DNA of 64,000 nt from Anthoceros angustus (Eukaryota; Plantae; Anthocerotophyta): assembly GCA_010909165.1 (NCBI GenBank), contig MU008179.1:62001-126000 (forward strand), written 5' to 3'. The position numbers and the translations under genes are program-made. The notes beneath the pieces are model-generated. The model was not told the DNA's origin, searched no databases, and saw nothing but the letters and a program-made list of their open reading frames with translations. Within the stretch, counting starts at the first letter, position 1. Every line of letters starts with the position of its first letter. Shown piece by piece: positions 47,400 to 59,200 of this stretch.

Positions 47400-50300
47400 C
47401 GGTGATGGGAGGAGGTAGGAGGGTTTAGGTGGGAGGAGGTGGGGAGGATGAAGGTGTGGAGGAGGTGGGATGGCGCCGTGGGAGGCGGTGGAGGTGTTGG
47501 AAGACGGGCGGCGGCTTAGGGTTGACTCACTACATGTGATGTGGACATGTCCTTGCGGACTTTGGCTCAGAATGGATCTGGACCGCCGAGGTGGAGCGAT
47601 TCCTGCCTCGCTGCCGAGTCCGCCCCTCGCAGCCCTCGTGGCTCCCATCTTTTCCGCCGCAATGGCAGTGGCTCGCGACAACAAGGGCCGCAGGGTGACA
47701 TGGCCAGCGGCTGCTCACACCTTCCAAAGATCCATTGCTCAAACGTCTGAACATACGCCGCCTCTGTGGTGAATTGGGAGGAGCCATAGTGGCGCCCGGT
47801 GTGGGAGGCGGTGGAGGTGTTGGAAAGGCAGCGGCGGCTTAGGGTTGACCTCGCTCACGGGACGAGGACATGTCCCTTGCGGACTTTGGCCGCTTTGTAT
47901 GGATCTGGCCGAGGTGGAGCAGGCTTCCTTTGCCTCAGCGTCGAGTCCCGGCCCCTCGCAGCCCTCGTGCTCTGTCCCATCTTTTCCCTTGTGTGGTGGC
48001 TGCGACAATGGCCGTGTGTGACGGCGGCAGTAGCGGCGTTCGCCACCTTCCGGCATCCGCTCGTCTGAACATCTGATTATCCTCTTCTTGAATTGGGAGG
48101 AGCCATAGTGGCGGTCCGTGGCGTAGAGCAAGTCTGGGTTTTGGCTTTTGTTGGGGAGTGACCACCATGTATGTGGTGGAAGTGGACTGGCCGATCGGGT
48201 TGATTGGACTTTTTCTTTTGCATTGCCAACTTGTATGGATCCTCACTCTCTCGCCTGATGGACTCATGAGGGCATGAAGGCTCGCCTTCCTGTTGTGCCT
48301 CCCTAACTCCACGAGGACTCACTTTGGCGTAGAGGCTCCCAGGCTCGGTACAGTCTTGGCGTGAAGATCGCAAGTGGATTGACGAGAGCTGAAATGGGTC
48401 CCCTCTCGAGGGAGCCATGATCATGGCGGAGGTGCAGGTTTTGGCCCCTGGGGAGTGGTAAGATTTACCGTGCTGGGCGCCGAATGATGTGGGAGCCGTG
48501 TGTGACGGCAGTGACGTTCGCCACCTTCCGACATCCAGTTCAGCGTCATCAGTGAACATCTGATTCGCCCCTCTTCTTGAATTAGGGAGCCATAGTGGCG
48601 GTCCAGTGGCGTGAAACGAGTCTGGGTTTTGGCTTTTGTTGAGTGGCCAGGCCTCACGGATGTGGTGGAAGTGGACTCGTCTTGATCGGGTTGATTGGAC
48701 TTTTTTTGCGGCTTGCCAACATGGATCCGTCTCTACGCCCGATGGACTCATGAGGGCACGAAGGTTCCTTCGCCTTCACGTGTTGTGCTCTCTAACTCCA
48801 CGAGGACTCACTTTGGCGTAGAGGCTCCCAGGCTCGGTACAGTCTTGGCGTGAAGATCGGTCACGAGGATTGGCGAGAAGCAAATGGGTCCCTCTTACGG
48901 AGGTCGGCCCTCTGAGATCATGGGCGGTGAGGTGCACGGCCTTATCGGTCCCTCGGGGAGTGGCAAAGCAGTCTGGTGGAGCCGGATGTGGGAGCCGCTG
49001 CCATGTTTTCGATGGCTTGACGCCACACAATTGGATGTGATCCGCTGGGACGGGGTGGCATGTTGTTCCGACCGCCTGCTTGATGGTGCGAAGGCGGCGA
49101 AATGCACGTTGCATGGAGATGTAAAAGACATAAAGGAAGGGATGTTCATCGCGTACCTTGTACCGGATCGCATAATCGGCCTTTGGATTGGGAAAGTTAA
49201 TCGGTGAGGTTGGATGTGGAAGAGCCTCATTTCACAGTTCAATGCATGACACCACAGATGCATATGAGCGGATATTGGAAGAATATGATTCGGACCCATC
49301 CGAGGCAATTTGGGATTGGAAGGAAAAGGGTGGGAAGGCAAATTTCGAAGAATGTTCAAGAAGTCTTCATCAATAAAAGCGTCATCTTGTATTAGGGTCT
49401 ATGCACGCTTGGGTGCATCACTTCCATCAATATTAGGATGATAACTTGCATAGTATGGTAATTAGTAAGGGTTTTGTCCGTTTCATAGGCCTTCAAATAT
49501 CTTGGTTTGGTGTAATGGTCCGTGGGTTTAGTTGTGGCTTCTGGCCTTTTTTTGTGGAAGTGGGCCTTGAGATAAAATGAGTTACTGTGTTTGTGTGTAG
49601 GGTTTGGTCCGAAGTAGATGGGGAATGCACGTGTGAGAATGGGGAAGTTGATGGTGGTGTTGGAGAATGGCGGGGTTCGTAGTGATGTGGGAGGCGAGCG
49701 GGGTTTTGCGGCGGTGTGGGAGGCATGCTTTGCGGCGATGTGGGAAGGCGGTGATGTGGGAGGAGGTAGGAGGGTTTAGGGTGGGAGGAGGTGGGGAGGA
49801 TGAAGGTGTGGGAGGAGGTGGGATGGCGCCCGGTGTGGGAGGCGGTGGAGGTGTTGGAAAAGGCGGCGGCTTGAGGTTGACCTCGCTCACGGGGCAGGAC
49901 ATGTCCCTTGCGGACTTTGGCCCTTTGTATTCTGGGTGGCCGAGGTGGGCAGGCGGGCTTCCTTTGCCTCATGGCGTCAGTCCAGCCCCTCGCAGCCTCG
50001 TGCTCTGTCCCATCTTTTCCCTTGGCAGTGGTGGCACTGCGACAGTAGCGGCCGTGTGTGACGGCAGTGACGTTCGCCACCTTCCGACATCCAGTTCAGC
50101 GTCATCAGTGAACATCTGATTCGCCCCTCTTCTTGAATTAGGGAGCCATAGTGGCGGTCCAGTGGCGTGAAACGAGTCTGGGTTTTGGCTTTTGTTGAGT
50201 GGCCAGGCCTCACGGATGTGGTGGAAGTGGACTCGTCTTGATCGGGTTGATTGGACTTTTTTTGCGGCTTGCCAACATGGATCCGTCTCTACGCCCGATG

Positions 50301-50560
50301 GACTCATGAGGGCACGAAGGTTCCTTCGCCTTCACGTGTTGTGCTCTCTAACTCCACGAGGACTCACTTTGGCGTAGAGGCTCCCAGGCTCGGTACAGTC
50401 TTGGCGTGAAGATCGGTCACGAGGATTGGCGAGAAGCAAATGGGTCCCTCTTACGGAGGTCGGCCCTCTGAGATCATGGGCGGTGAGGTGCACGGCCTTA
50501 TCGGTCCCTCGGGGAGTGGCAAAGCAGTCTGGTGGAGCCGGATGTGGGAGCCGCTGCCAT
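47400..50560. repeat. Modular repeat zone including a tandem duplication of the transposase 3' end and downstream DNA
   Basis: 46730-47400 recurs at 49105-49870. 48490-48990 is near-identical to 50050-50550 (offset 1556). GAATT(G/A)GG(G)AG(G)AGCCATAGTGGCG occurs at ~47772, 48090, 48580 and 50136, with a variant at 51010. Confidence 0.85.
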
Positions 50561-50939
50561 GTTTTCGATGGAAGCAGCGTCACACAATTGGATGTGATCC
50601 GATTGCGTCGGCAGGTGGGCATGTTGTTCAAAAGCGACTGCTGTTTGATGGTCTGGCACGGCAAGCACCTTTGAGTTACGCTGCTGTTCACGACTTGATT
50701 TGTTCCAACAACCATCACCGAGATGACATGCTAACGCGGGGATGGACAACATCAGACGCCCAGCTTTGAGAGGCCTCCATTGTCATTGCTTGCATGTATG
50801 AAACAAACGGCTTGTGCACTGACACCGCCACCATTGATTTCTGCACATGGTGATGGTAACGTGATGCGCATGATTGGGCTAATCATGTCCTGCTTTGGTT
50901 TTGTGTTGTAGAGTGAAGGCCACAGAATCATGGAGTGGA

Positions 50940-51170
50940 GGCCTTTGGGACGATGCTGCTTGGGACGATGCAGCGTTTGGGACGATGCTGTGGTGGCTCT
51001 CTTGTGTGAATTGGGAGGAGCCAGAGTGGCAATATGGAAGTTGGGTGTGCTGGGGTTTGAGGTGTGTTGGAGGTGTGCTGGGGTTGGAGGTGTGCCGGAG
51101 TTGGAGGTGTGCCGGAGTTTGTGTGCCAATGGTGGAGGTGTGCAGGAGTCTGAGGTGTGCTGGAGTGTGA
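50940..51170. repeat. Low-complexity short tandem repeats (GGGACGATGC; GGAGGTGTGC)
   Basis: Read directly. Confidence 0.8.
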
Positions 51171-54100
51171 GTTGCTGGAGTCATGGTCCTCCTTGTGGTG
51201 GATCGGGTTGAGACCGCCGATGTGGTGGCTTTATCGAGATGGACTCACACAGCCCGGGATGGACCTCTTTATTGGAGAGAAAGAAGTGACAGCTGAAGGG
51301 ATGTTGGTGGTTGCTGGAGAGAAGGGAGGAAAGATGGAAGGATGTTTTCTCGTTATGGTTGTTTTCGCCATGGATTTGATCCAATCCATCCGGTAGCTCG
51401 CGCTTAACTCGCTTTTCGCTGCAGCAGTTGGCGCAGTTAACAATATGGTTGACTTTGAAGAGGAGCTTGAGTTTGTTTCGAGGAAGGCGCTAAGAAGCCG
51501 GAGGTGCGTGAAAGGACCGAACATGTCAAGAAGTTGCAAGGAAAGCCTCGAATGTCTGGACCGAAAGAAGAAGATGGCACACCGGGCCGGGTTTCAACGT
51601 TAGGGACATTTCATACAATCGATATTCGAAAGATCTTATTGGGGTGACGAGTTCATCGTTAGGTGTTTGGGCCGATAGCGGGAAGAATGAAGGATTCAAG
51701 TGGTCTCAAACGTGTTGCAAGTTGCAAGGTGATTTCAGCGAGTGGGAAAGCATTGATGATTTGTGTTATGTGTGTAAAGCGCCCTCGAGGGAAGAAGTTC
51801 ATTCCTCGGAAGATGGCACTTGGAGTGCGTGGAGAAGTTGAAAGGTGTTTCCATTGATGGTTCACTTATGACAAGACAACGAAGGCACTTCAAGGGGTGT
51901 GGTTCAAGAGCGTAAAAAAAAAAGAAGATGCGTGCGAGGATGTTGTGGAGGACAACTAAGTTGAGGTACATATGTTTGTGGATGGCGGCGCGTAAGGGAC
52001 CTTCCGCGAGGAGAGTATTAGCCGGACACGCCTCATGCTCGAGAGTCCAAGGTGCTAGCCTCTTCAGAGAGTGATTCAGCAAATGAAGCCCATCCGGGAG
52101 GAAGAGCTTGAAACAAAGCAGCCATGGTGGAAACCACGCGACCAAAGATCCGTGGAGTCAACTTCTCATGATGAGGTTGCACTAATTCATACACGGATGA
52201 TAAATGTGGGGTGTGTGGCTCGAGAGCAAGTCTAGGACTTGGCCTATGTTTAGACGTCTGGCACCTTCCGGAAGGTTCTCTAGAGGATCTTGTAGTTGTT
52301 ACAGAAAGGTGTGAAGCATAAAGAGAAAGTTCTCTTGAGGTCTGTGAGGAAGTTGATGTCAAAAAGGGTTGGGCGAACTGGCCTTGAGAAGTATATGAGA
52401 GTCAACAACTCAAGAAGTGAAGACAACCAAGATTAGTTCTTTGGAGAAAAGGGAGGAGAGCTTGGTGTCTCGAATCTTGCCACTGGCGCAGGACGCTAAG
52501 GAGTCTGTGGAGATATGGAGAAAAGGGGTGGCAGCATGAGCAAGACATAGCGGCACACCGTGAACTATCTTCCTTGATGAGGCGACCAACAGGGCCTCTT
52601 TGGCCACCAGCTTGGATTGAAGCCCCGCTTGACTGTAGAGGTCCTCGGGAGTTGAAGCTGAATGCTTGTCCCTTATGTACCAGGTATGTTGCGTGATGAA
52701 GTTTGGCTGTCACCTCTTTCTTATCAATGGTCTGAATCCTAATTTTGGATAAATGCATAGTACACCATGTATACAGAATGTGCCGCAGTACGCATCGTGC
52801 TCGCAGACATTGCTTTGTTGTGCTACCTTTTTATGGTGTCGCATCGTGGTGGTCATGTGGATGGTGGTGATGGACCGAGTCGTGGTTCTATGATAGTGCC
52901 TGCTCAAGTGGATGGTGCTGCCAGGGCCACTAGCCGCCGTGGTTCGTGATAGTGCAGGTGCTCCAAGTGGATGGTGCTCAAGTGAGGTGGTAGTTATGGT
53001 GTCGATTATGGTGCTTTGGAGCACCTTCCACGTGATAGTGATAATTATGGAGCTGACCGGTTATGGTGTTGACCACCTTCCACCGCACCGCGGGAGTGCG
53101 TCATGGTGCCGCTTTGTAGTGGTCTAGGTTGAAGTGGATGCTTAATCAAGTGCATGTGGGTGAAGTAGAAGCGACCACTTGAAGTGGCCTTGTGTGTGGT
53201 ATGGGGCACATAACTTTTCATTCCTTCCTTGTGGACACTCCTACCACGACTTTTGCCTCTACCAAGATTTGAGGGAGAGCGCTCGTGCTTGCTCTTGTGG
53301 CTTAGAGGTTCCCGCACATGGTTGATGGCAAAGGTTGGGCTTCTAGTGCTACGTGTGTCATCTAACATGGTGAAGACCGGAAGCAGCTTGGAGGAGGTGC
53401 TGAATTTTATGACACTATTGTAGTTTTAGGCGGACTAGGAAGTCGGTGAGAGTGCGGTTCTTTGATGTTGCCAACACATCGCACGCAGGCATCACCAAAG
53501 GATGTTCTTCCCTACGGTTTTCGCCATTTCGGCGGCTCGACACACCAGGAACAGGGACACCGGGTGCACGCCAAGATCTCGGATTGCGATTCAGTTGAGC
53601 AGCCCGCCTCAGAAAAGTGGTGGCCAATTTGTGGCCTGGGGGAAATCGACTGACCATGTGTCCAATTAATCAAGAAGTAGTGATGGTGGAGCAGACTCCA
53701 TCTGATCAGATGATGTATGTGGGCAACCAAGAAAGGGCCACAGTGGGGGAGACTACGGCAACGCAGTTGCCGGTGAGCCCAGAGGTATTGGCTATTGGCG
53801 AGAAGGCGGTGGTGGATATGATGGCCGTTTTAGGAGGTATACACCATATGGAGAATCGCAATGATGGAGCATCGTGGAACATGTGGGTGATCAGAAGGCG
53901 CCAAAGATCCGGGTTGTGCCAAGGAGGAACAACCAGCCTCGAGCCCAAAGAATCCAAACTGGTGGTTGCACTTGAGGGGCCACATGAGCTATCCAAACCG
54001 GGTGGTTGCACTTGAGGGGGTCACATGAGTCGTCACAACCTCTCGGACCTAGCCGGTGTCCCGTGCACCATCACAATCTCAATGTAAATCGGGGACATAA

Positions 54101-56749
54101 TAGTAGTCCCTTCATCTCTTGAGCCCCACGCATCTAGGGATGTGTTGCCCAATACCATGCACATTCGCAGCATCCATGTGCCAGTGACCATACACCACAC
54201 AAGTTGTGGTGAGGTCGCACTGGCCGAGCATCCCACATCGTAGCTATCGGCAAGGCATGCGCGAACAAGAGTGTCACCGACCATGAGAAGGCGAATCAGA
54301 GCTATTGCCATCTGCTCCCGAGGAAGTTGGTGCACATGTCCATAGTGTGAAGGCTCCTTCATGCAGCCATTGCTTACCTCTGCTCCGATGTTGGAGAACC
54401 CATGGCCGGGCATCAAGGATGTAGCGTGGTGGACATACATTGGACACGAGGTAGGTCACCGCCTTTACCGGTGGAGCAAAGCGCAAATCAGAGGGAGCTA
54501 GAAGGTACCACGGAAACAACATAGACAAGAGGAGGAAGAAGAGGCAAGATGAAGAGATTGAAGAGGACTACTCGCGGCATACAGGGACAACTTTGCAGTG
54601 TTGGCGAAATGCAAGAAGGCGATCGAACCGCTTTACATCATCAAATGCAACAAGCGCCTATGGGTGACATGATGGGTCCGTGTGGTATGAAGGGCAATCG
54701 CCGGGCGAAATGGTTGTTCGGGATCTACTATGAGCGTGAAGGGGAATAAAGGAGTTTACAAACTGTGAATGACAAGCCTCCTTTGCTTGTTTTGCCTGTG
54801 TATGATTATCTTGCAAGGTTTGAATTCAAAGTGCCACCTAGACATAGAAATGCTCGAAGAAAGGGAGGTCAACGTTGTTGGTTGGAGCCCAAACGAGGAA
54901 ACGCCTTGAAGAATCAGATTTACAGTAGAAGCTTGTGCCCGGCATGGTTGGTTGGTTTCAGCTCCGTATGTTAGTTGATTATGTTGACATTTACTGGTTG
55001 CTGCTTGTTTCTATTTGCAGAGCAGCAGAAGATGACAACTCTGTGCGGAGTCCGTGGCCACCTTACATCAGAGATGATTGAACCCCGCCCACACTCCTAG
55101 CATGAACAGTCAAGAGGAAGAGTGTGGAATACTAGGAGATTGCGGTGGTTTTGCTATGTGTGGGAGTCAGTGACTCCCTGTGTGTTTAGTCTTCGCTTTG
55201 GCTTGGTTTCAGCAGGTCGTGTGTTGGTATTGTGTGCTTACTTGTAGCGGAGCCGACTCTCCCGGAAGGGGAATCAGAATAGCGGCATCAAACGTGAAAC
55301 TACCAAACTACCAAATGACTCTTCGTCATTGTTTTTAATATCCACAAGATCCACTCATCGCATACATCGGTTTGTTGCGCTACACACGGTCAACATGGGA
55401 ATGCGGGTAGTGTGTCAGACCATATATTGGAAATATGATACCGATTATTCTTTGTACGCTCACCCTATCGATAATGCAGCACGAAACACCCCCTAGTATG
55501 GGAACACCCCCTAGTATGGGGCATAAACGAGTGAACCTGCAAACGGCTGCTAGGCCAAACCCGCCTGCCAACCATGCCCAGTATCAATGACGACAGTAAT
55601 ACAACAGCAGTCCTTCCTCAATTACTCCGAGGCCGGACGCTAAGGTTTCTTCCTACAACACCCAAAGCCAGGTTTGAACAAAGCTCTCAACCTGTCACTC
55701 CAGAACATGATGAGGAGGTGGGCTCTATGGGGATAGGAGCAGTCCATGAAGCCGAGCTCTTTCTTCCGCCGGATTGTTCTCATCGTTCGCGCCACCGCCA
55801 ACACCGACATAGTAGTCGTGTCATGCTGCCTCTCGCAATGATGCCCAACATTTCACCGATTTCGTGAAGAGAAGCCGGTGGAGTTGCCTTCCGAGTCCTC
55901 TTGTTTCCTCTATCGGCAAGGTTCTCTTCCCCAATCCCACCATGTTCTTGCCCTACCACGCGGCCCTTCCCAGCCGCTGCTCGCCACTCTCCCTCATATC
56001 CCTGGGGGTGGAAGATCACCTTGAGTCGATGTGAGCCGTGCTCGTGAACCATCCTCCGCCTCGATCGCAACTTGTAAGTTCCCTGATGTTGACCTAGCAT
56101 GCGAGGGAGTTAGCGATGCCACTGCCGACTGCTTGCCGGAAGCCATGAGAGCTCGCCTCGTGGCGCAGCGAACGAGTGTATAACGATCGGGTCAATAGGC
56201 GACGATAGGCACCACCGTTGCTGGGAGGGTGAAGGGTTATCGAGCAAAGTGGTGCTGGAGGAACGCCATGCTGGTGGCTCATCCCGTGAATATAATCGAT
56301 GATTGAAACGTTCAATCTACGCGGTATGATGCCCAGCCCAAACTCGTGCATCATTTATTGAAGCTATGGTTGTGGGGTATGGTCAGATGTGATAGGAGTA
56401 TAATGTGACCGGACGAAATGACGTGTTCGCAAAAGACGGTATCGATCCATCGCATCAAGCATCGAGGTGGCATGGCCTAGAAAGGGCTATCCGTGTAGAA
56501 AATGGTGCATATGAAGCAACAAAGTGAAACTGTAATCGTATCAACGGCGTCACAGTGAATGCTTTTACCAGCTTTAGAAACGCACAAATAGAAACCCGAG
56601 GTGATGTGGAAGGTAATCTCCGGTGCGCAAATCTTCCAATCGACAAGCAGTAATCGATTACGATAAGGCACAAACAATTCCTATCCGGTCTCACCAAAAA
56701 TTCAAAGAATCTTTTCCCATTTCATTCCTCCCCGCATCGATCGTTGCTA

Positions 56750-58620
56750 TGGTCTCTCACCAAATCTCAAACGTCTGGACAAGGTCGTGGCACATCAGAC
56801 ACCACCGAATCTCCTTTGCGTGATAGTGAGGTCAAACTTGCATGTCACCACTGCTCAGAGAAAGGATGCATTCGGCATGCCCTGTGTCTAGTGTGTACCG
56901 GAAACCGCCTCCTGCTCATTGTCGTAATACCCAAAGACCACTATGTCTCCAAAGAATAAACCTATGTCCGCCTAAGGACATTGTCGCCAGGAAGGCGGTG
57001 TGGTCCTTGCACATCGATGAGGTAATAGGTTGCACCTCATCTCGCAACCTCTCGCAAACACAAGGAAATTATCACCCACTTCCAAAGATCTCCGCCATGT
57101 TGGTGACATCTGACTCGTCTTCAACATCTCGCGACATTGCTCTACCGGCATGGCTTCCACAACCGGAAAGGTATCCGCCTAAGTTGTCGCCTGTTCGAAC
57201 ACGTAATTGAATCTCGAATGTGGACGACAGATGTCTTCCCACAATCCGCATGTGGTACCGATTCACACCGCATGATTGCCGCCTATGCATGCGCAAAAAG
57301 CATGCCAGGCGCATTCTCGCTTTTGTTGGGTCACAGATCGTAGCTATAAATGCTATGACAACTCTTGGAGCCCGGAATGGCATCACAAGCCCATTTTGCC
57401 CGGTTGACATCATTGGGCCCAACAAGCGAACGCGGTGCACTCCGTGCACCGCACGGGATACGGCCGCCGCCTCCGATATTGTGGAGCCAAGAAATGCAAC
57501 AACGTCGAAAGATTCGCATCTGCCGTGCTCCGAGACTCTTCGCAGAGCACGCTCAAAATGGCTCCAGCTCCATCGTGTTCACCCTTCCCATGGCCACTAC
57601 CAAAATAGACCATAACATGTTGCACCTCGTTATACTTGGATACCGCCACATAGTACGATGGTCGGCATGCCTTGAATCGACGCGCCATCGACCATACCTG
57701 TTCCCGAGGCCTCGAAACCCGAGTCCGCATCCACGCCAATGGAGACCCAAGCAATGCCGCAAAAAGGGTATCGTAGCATGTCGTCACTAACAAAAGTGAT
57801 AATACTTGTGGATACCAAGACAAATGTTAGGGATCAACCTCCGTGTCCGTCTCAGAAAACAAGGACCAAAATTGTAACTTGGTCGTTATACCAAAGGCAT
57901 TGACTGGATTTCGCTCACACCAAAGGCGTATAGTTTTGTGAGAAGTCCAAAACGCGACGACAACATCTTTGGGAAACAATTGCACACAGTCGAAATTCCG
58001 TGCCCCGCCACCTTTGCCAAATCATGCAAAATAAAAGCCCGCAACTTGTCTTTCAAGTACGTAACCATGTCATGGGTGTGTCTCCATGAAGCCCAACTTA
58101 ATACGCTTGTCACCACCTCCACCGCTTTTCCCACAACTTGGTAATCGAAGCACCTCCAATTCATGGTAACATTCGGCATGACGTCAATGCTGGTTTCGGG
58201 ACAAAATAAGACCGACTCCATAACGCGGCACGGTTCGAAAGGCAATCGTTGTGCCATTCGAATCCACCTCTTTGTCACAAAGCCTGAGTCAATGCTCACC
58301 GATGAATAGCTTGATGAAGACGCACCCGAGGTCGCGCATCCGCAGGCGACAAACGCCGCAATCACATGGGCAGCCTCCACGAGGGTGTATTCGAAATGGT
58401 ATGTCGAAACTGCTCAACAGATCCTTTAGAAATGCCATTTCCACGTGATACCGCAGAACAAACATTCCTCTCCGCAAGCTCTTCACAAAATATGGCTTCA
58501 ACTTCTCAAATGCACGTTGTCCAACTGGATGCTGTGATGCCGTTCTCTCGAACCAAGAAAAATTCACCGCCATCCACCATGCACCCAAAAACTTGTTGAT
58601 CGCCATCATTGGCCACCGCT
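56750..58620 (-). pseudogene. Sola2-type DDD transposase remnant
   Basis: Colinear motifs: VGQRAFEKLKPYFVK...YHVE; C.CG.C; W.CFDY; FILH; DFSQNY (57947-57930); EIQS; VSDD..HD; WSDGA..FK (~57690); YFGSGHGKGEHDGAG (57595-57563); AIPGSKSCHS; R.LACF. The DFxENY / SD...QyK / HGKG..DG.G triad is the Sola2 signature as I recall it. Confidence 0.8.
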
Positions 58621-59200
58621 CAACTCCATTATAAGTGCCACCACCACCCCAGGAGGCTCCCTATTCACCGAAGTTTAACACCACCCTCGACTATGAGGCC
58701 CACCACCGCATGCCTGGAAAGACCAGCTTCCACTAAGGGAGACTAGAATCCTGCACGAGGAGGCCACCATCCACTATGAGGTAGACCACCATCCGCTGAG
58801 GCTCACCACCATGCACTAAGACCCACACCTCCATCCACTATGAGGCGCACTGCCCCACCGAGAGGGAGACCTGTAATCCTCTATGAGGGAGGCCACCAAC
58901 CACTTAGAGGCCACTAATCCTCTATGAGGTAGACCACACCTGTGAAGGTCACCAGTGCACTAAGACCCACACCTCCCTCCACTATGAGGCACACTAGCAT
59001 CCACTTTGTGGCAAACCACAATCCACCAAGACACACACCACAAACCACTAAAAGGGAGACCAACATCCACCAAGAGGGGCCTCCACTCGAGTCATGAAGA
59101 GGGTCATCACATACACATGGATGGTGGTGACCACCATACACTAGGACCCACCAACATCCACTAAAGGCAAACCCCAACTACATGAACGGCACACCATCAT
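58620..59200. repeat. Degenerate minisatellite (CCACTATGAGG / CCACCA-rich) upstream of the Sola2-type ORF
   Basis: (C/T)CTATGAGG at ~58690, 58772, 58834, 58880, 58920 and 58980; GCACTAAGACCC(C)ACACC twice. Confidence 0.8.
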
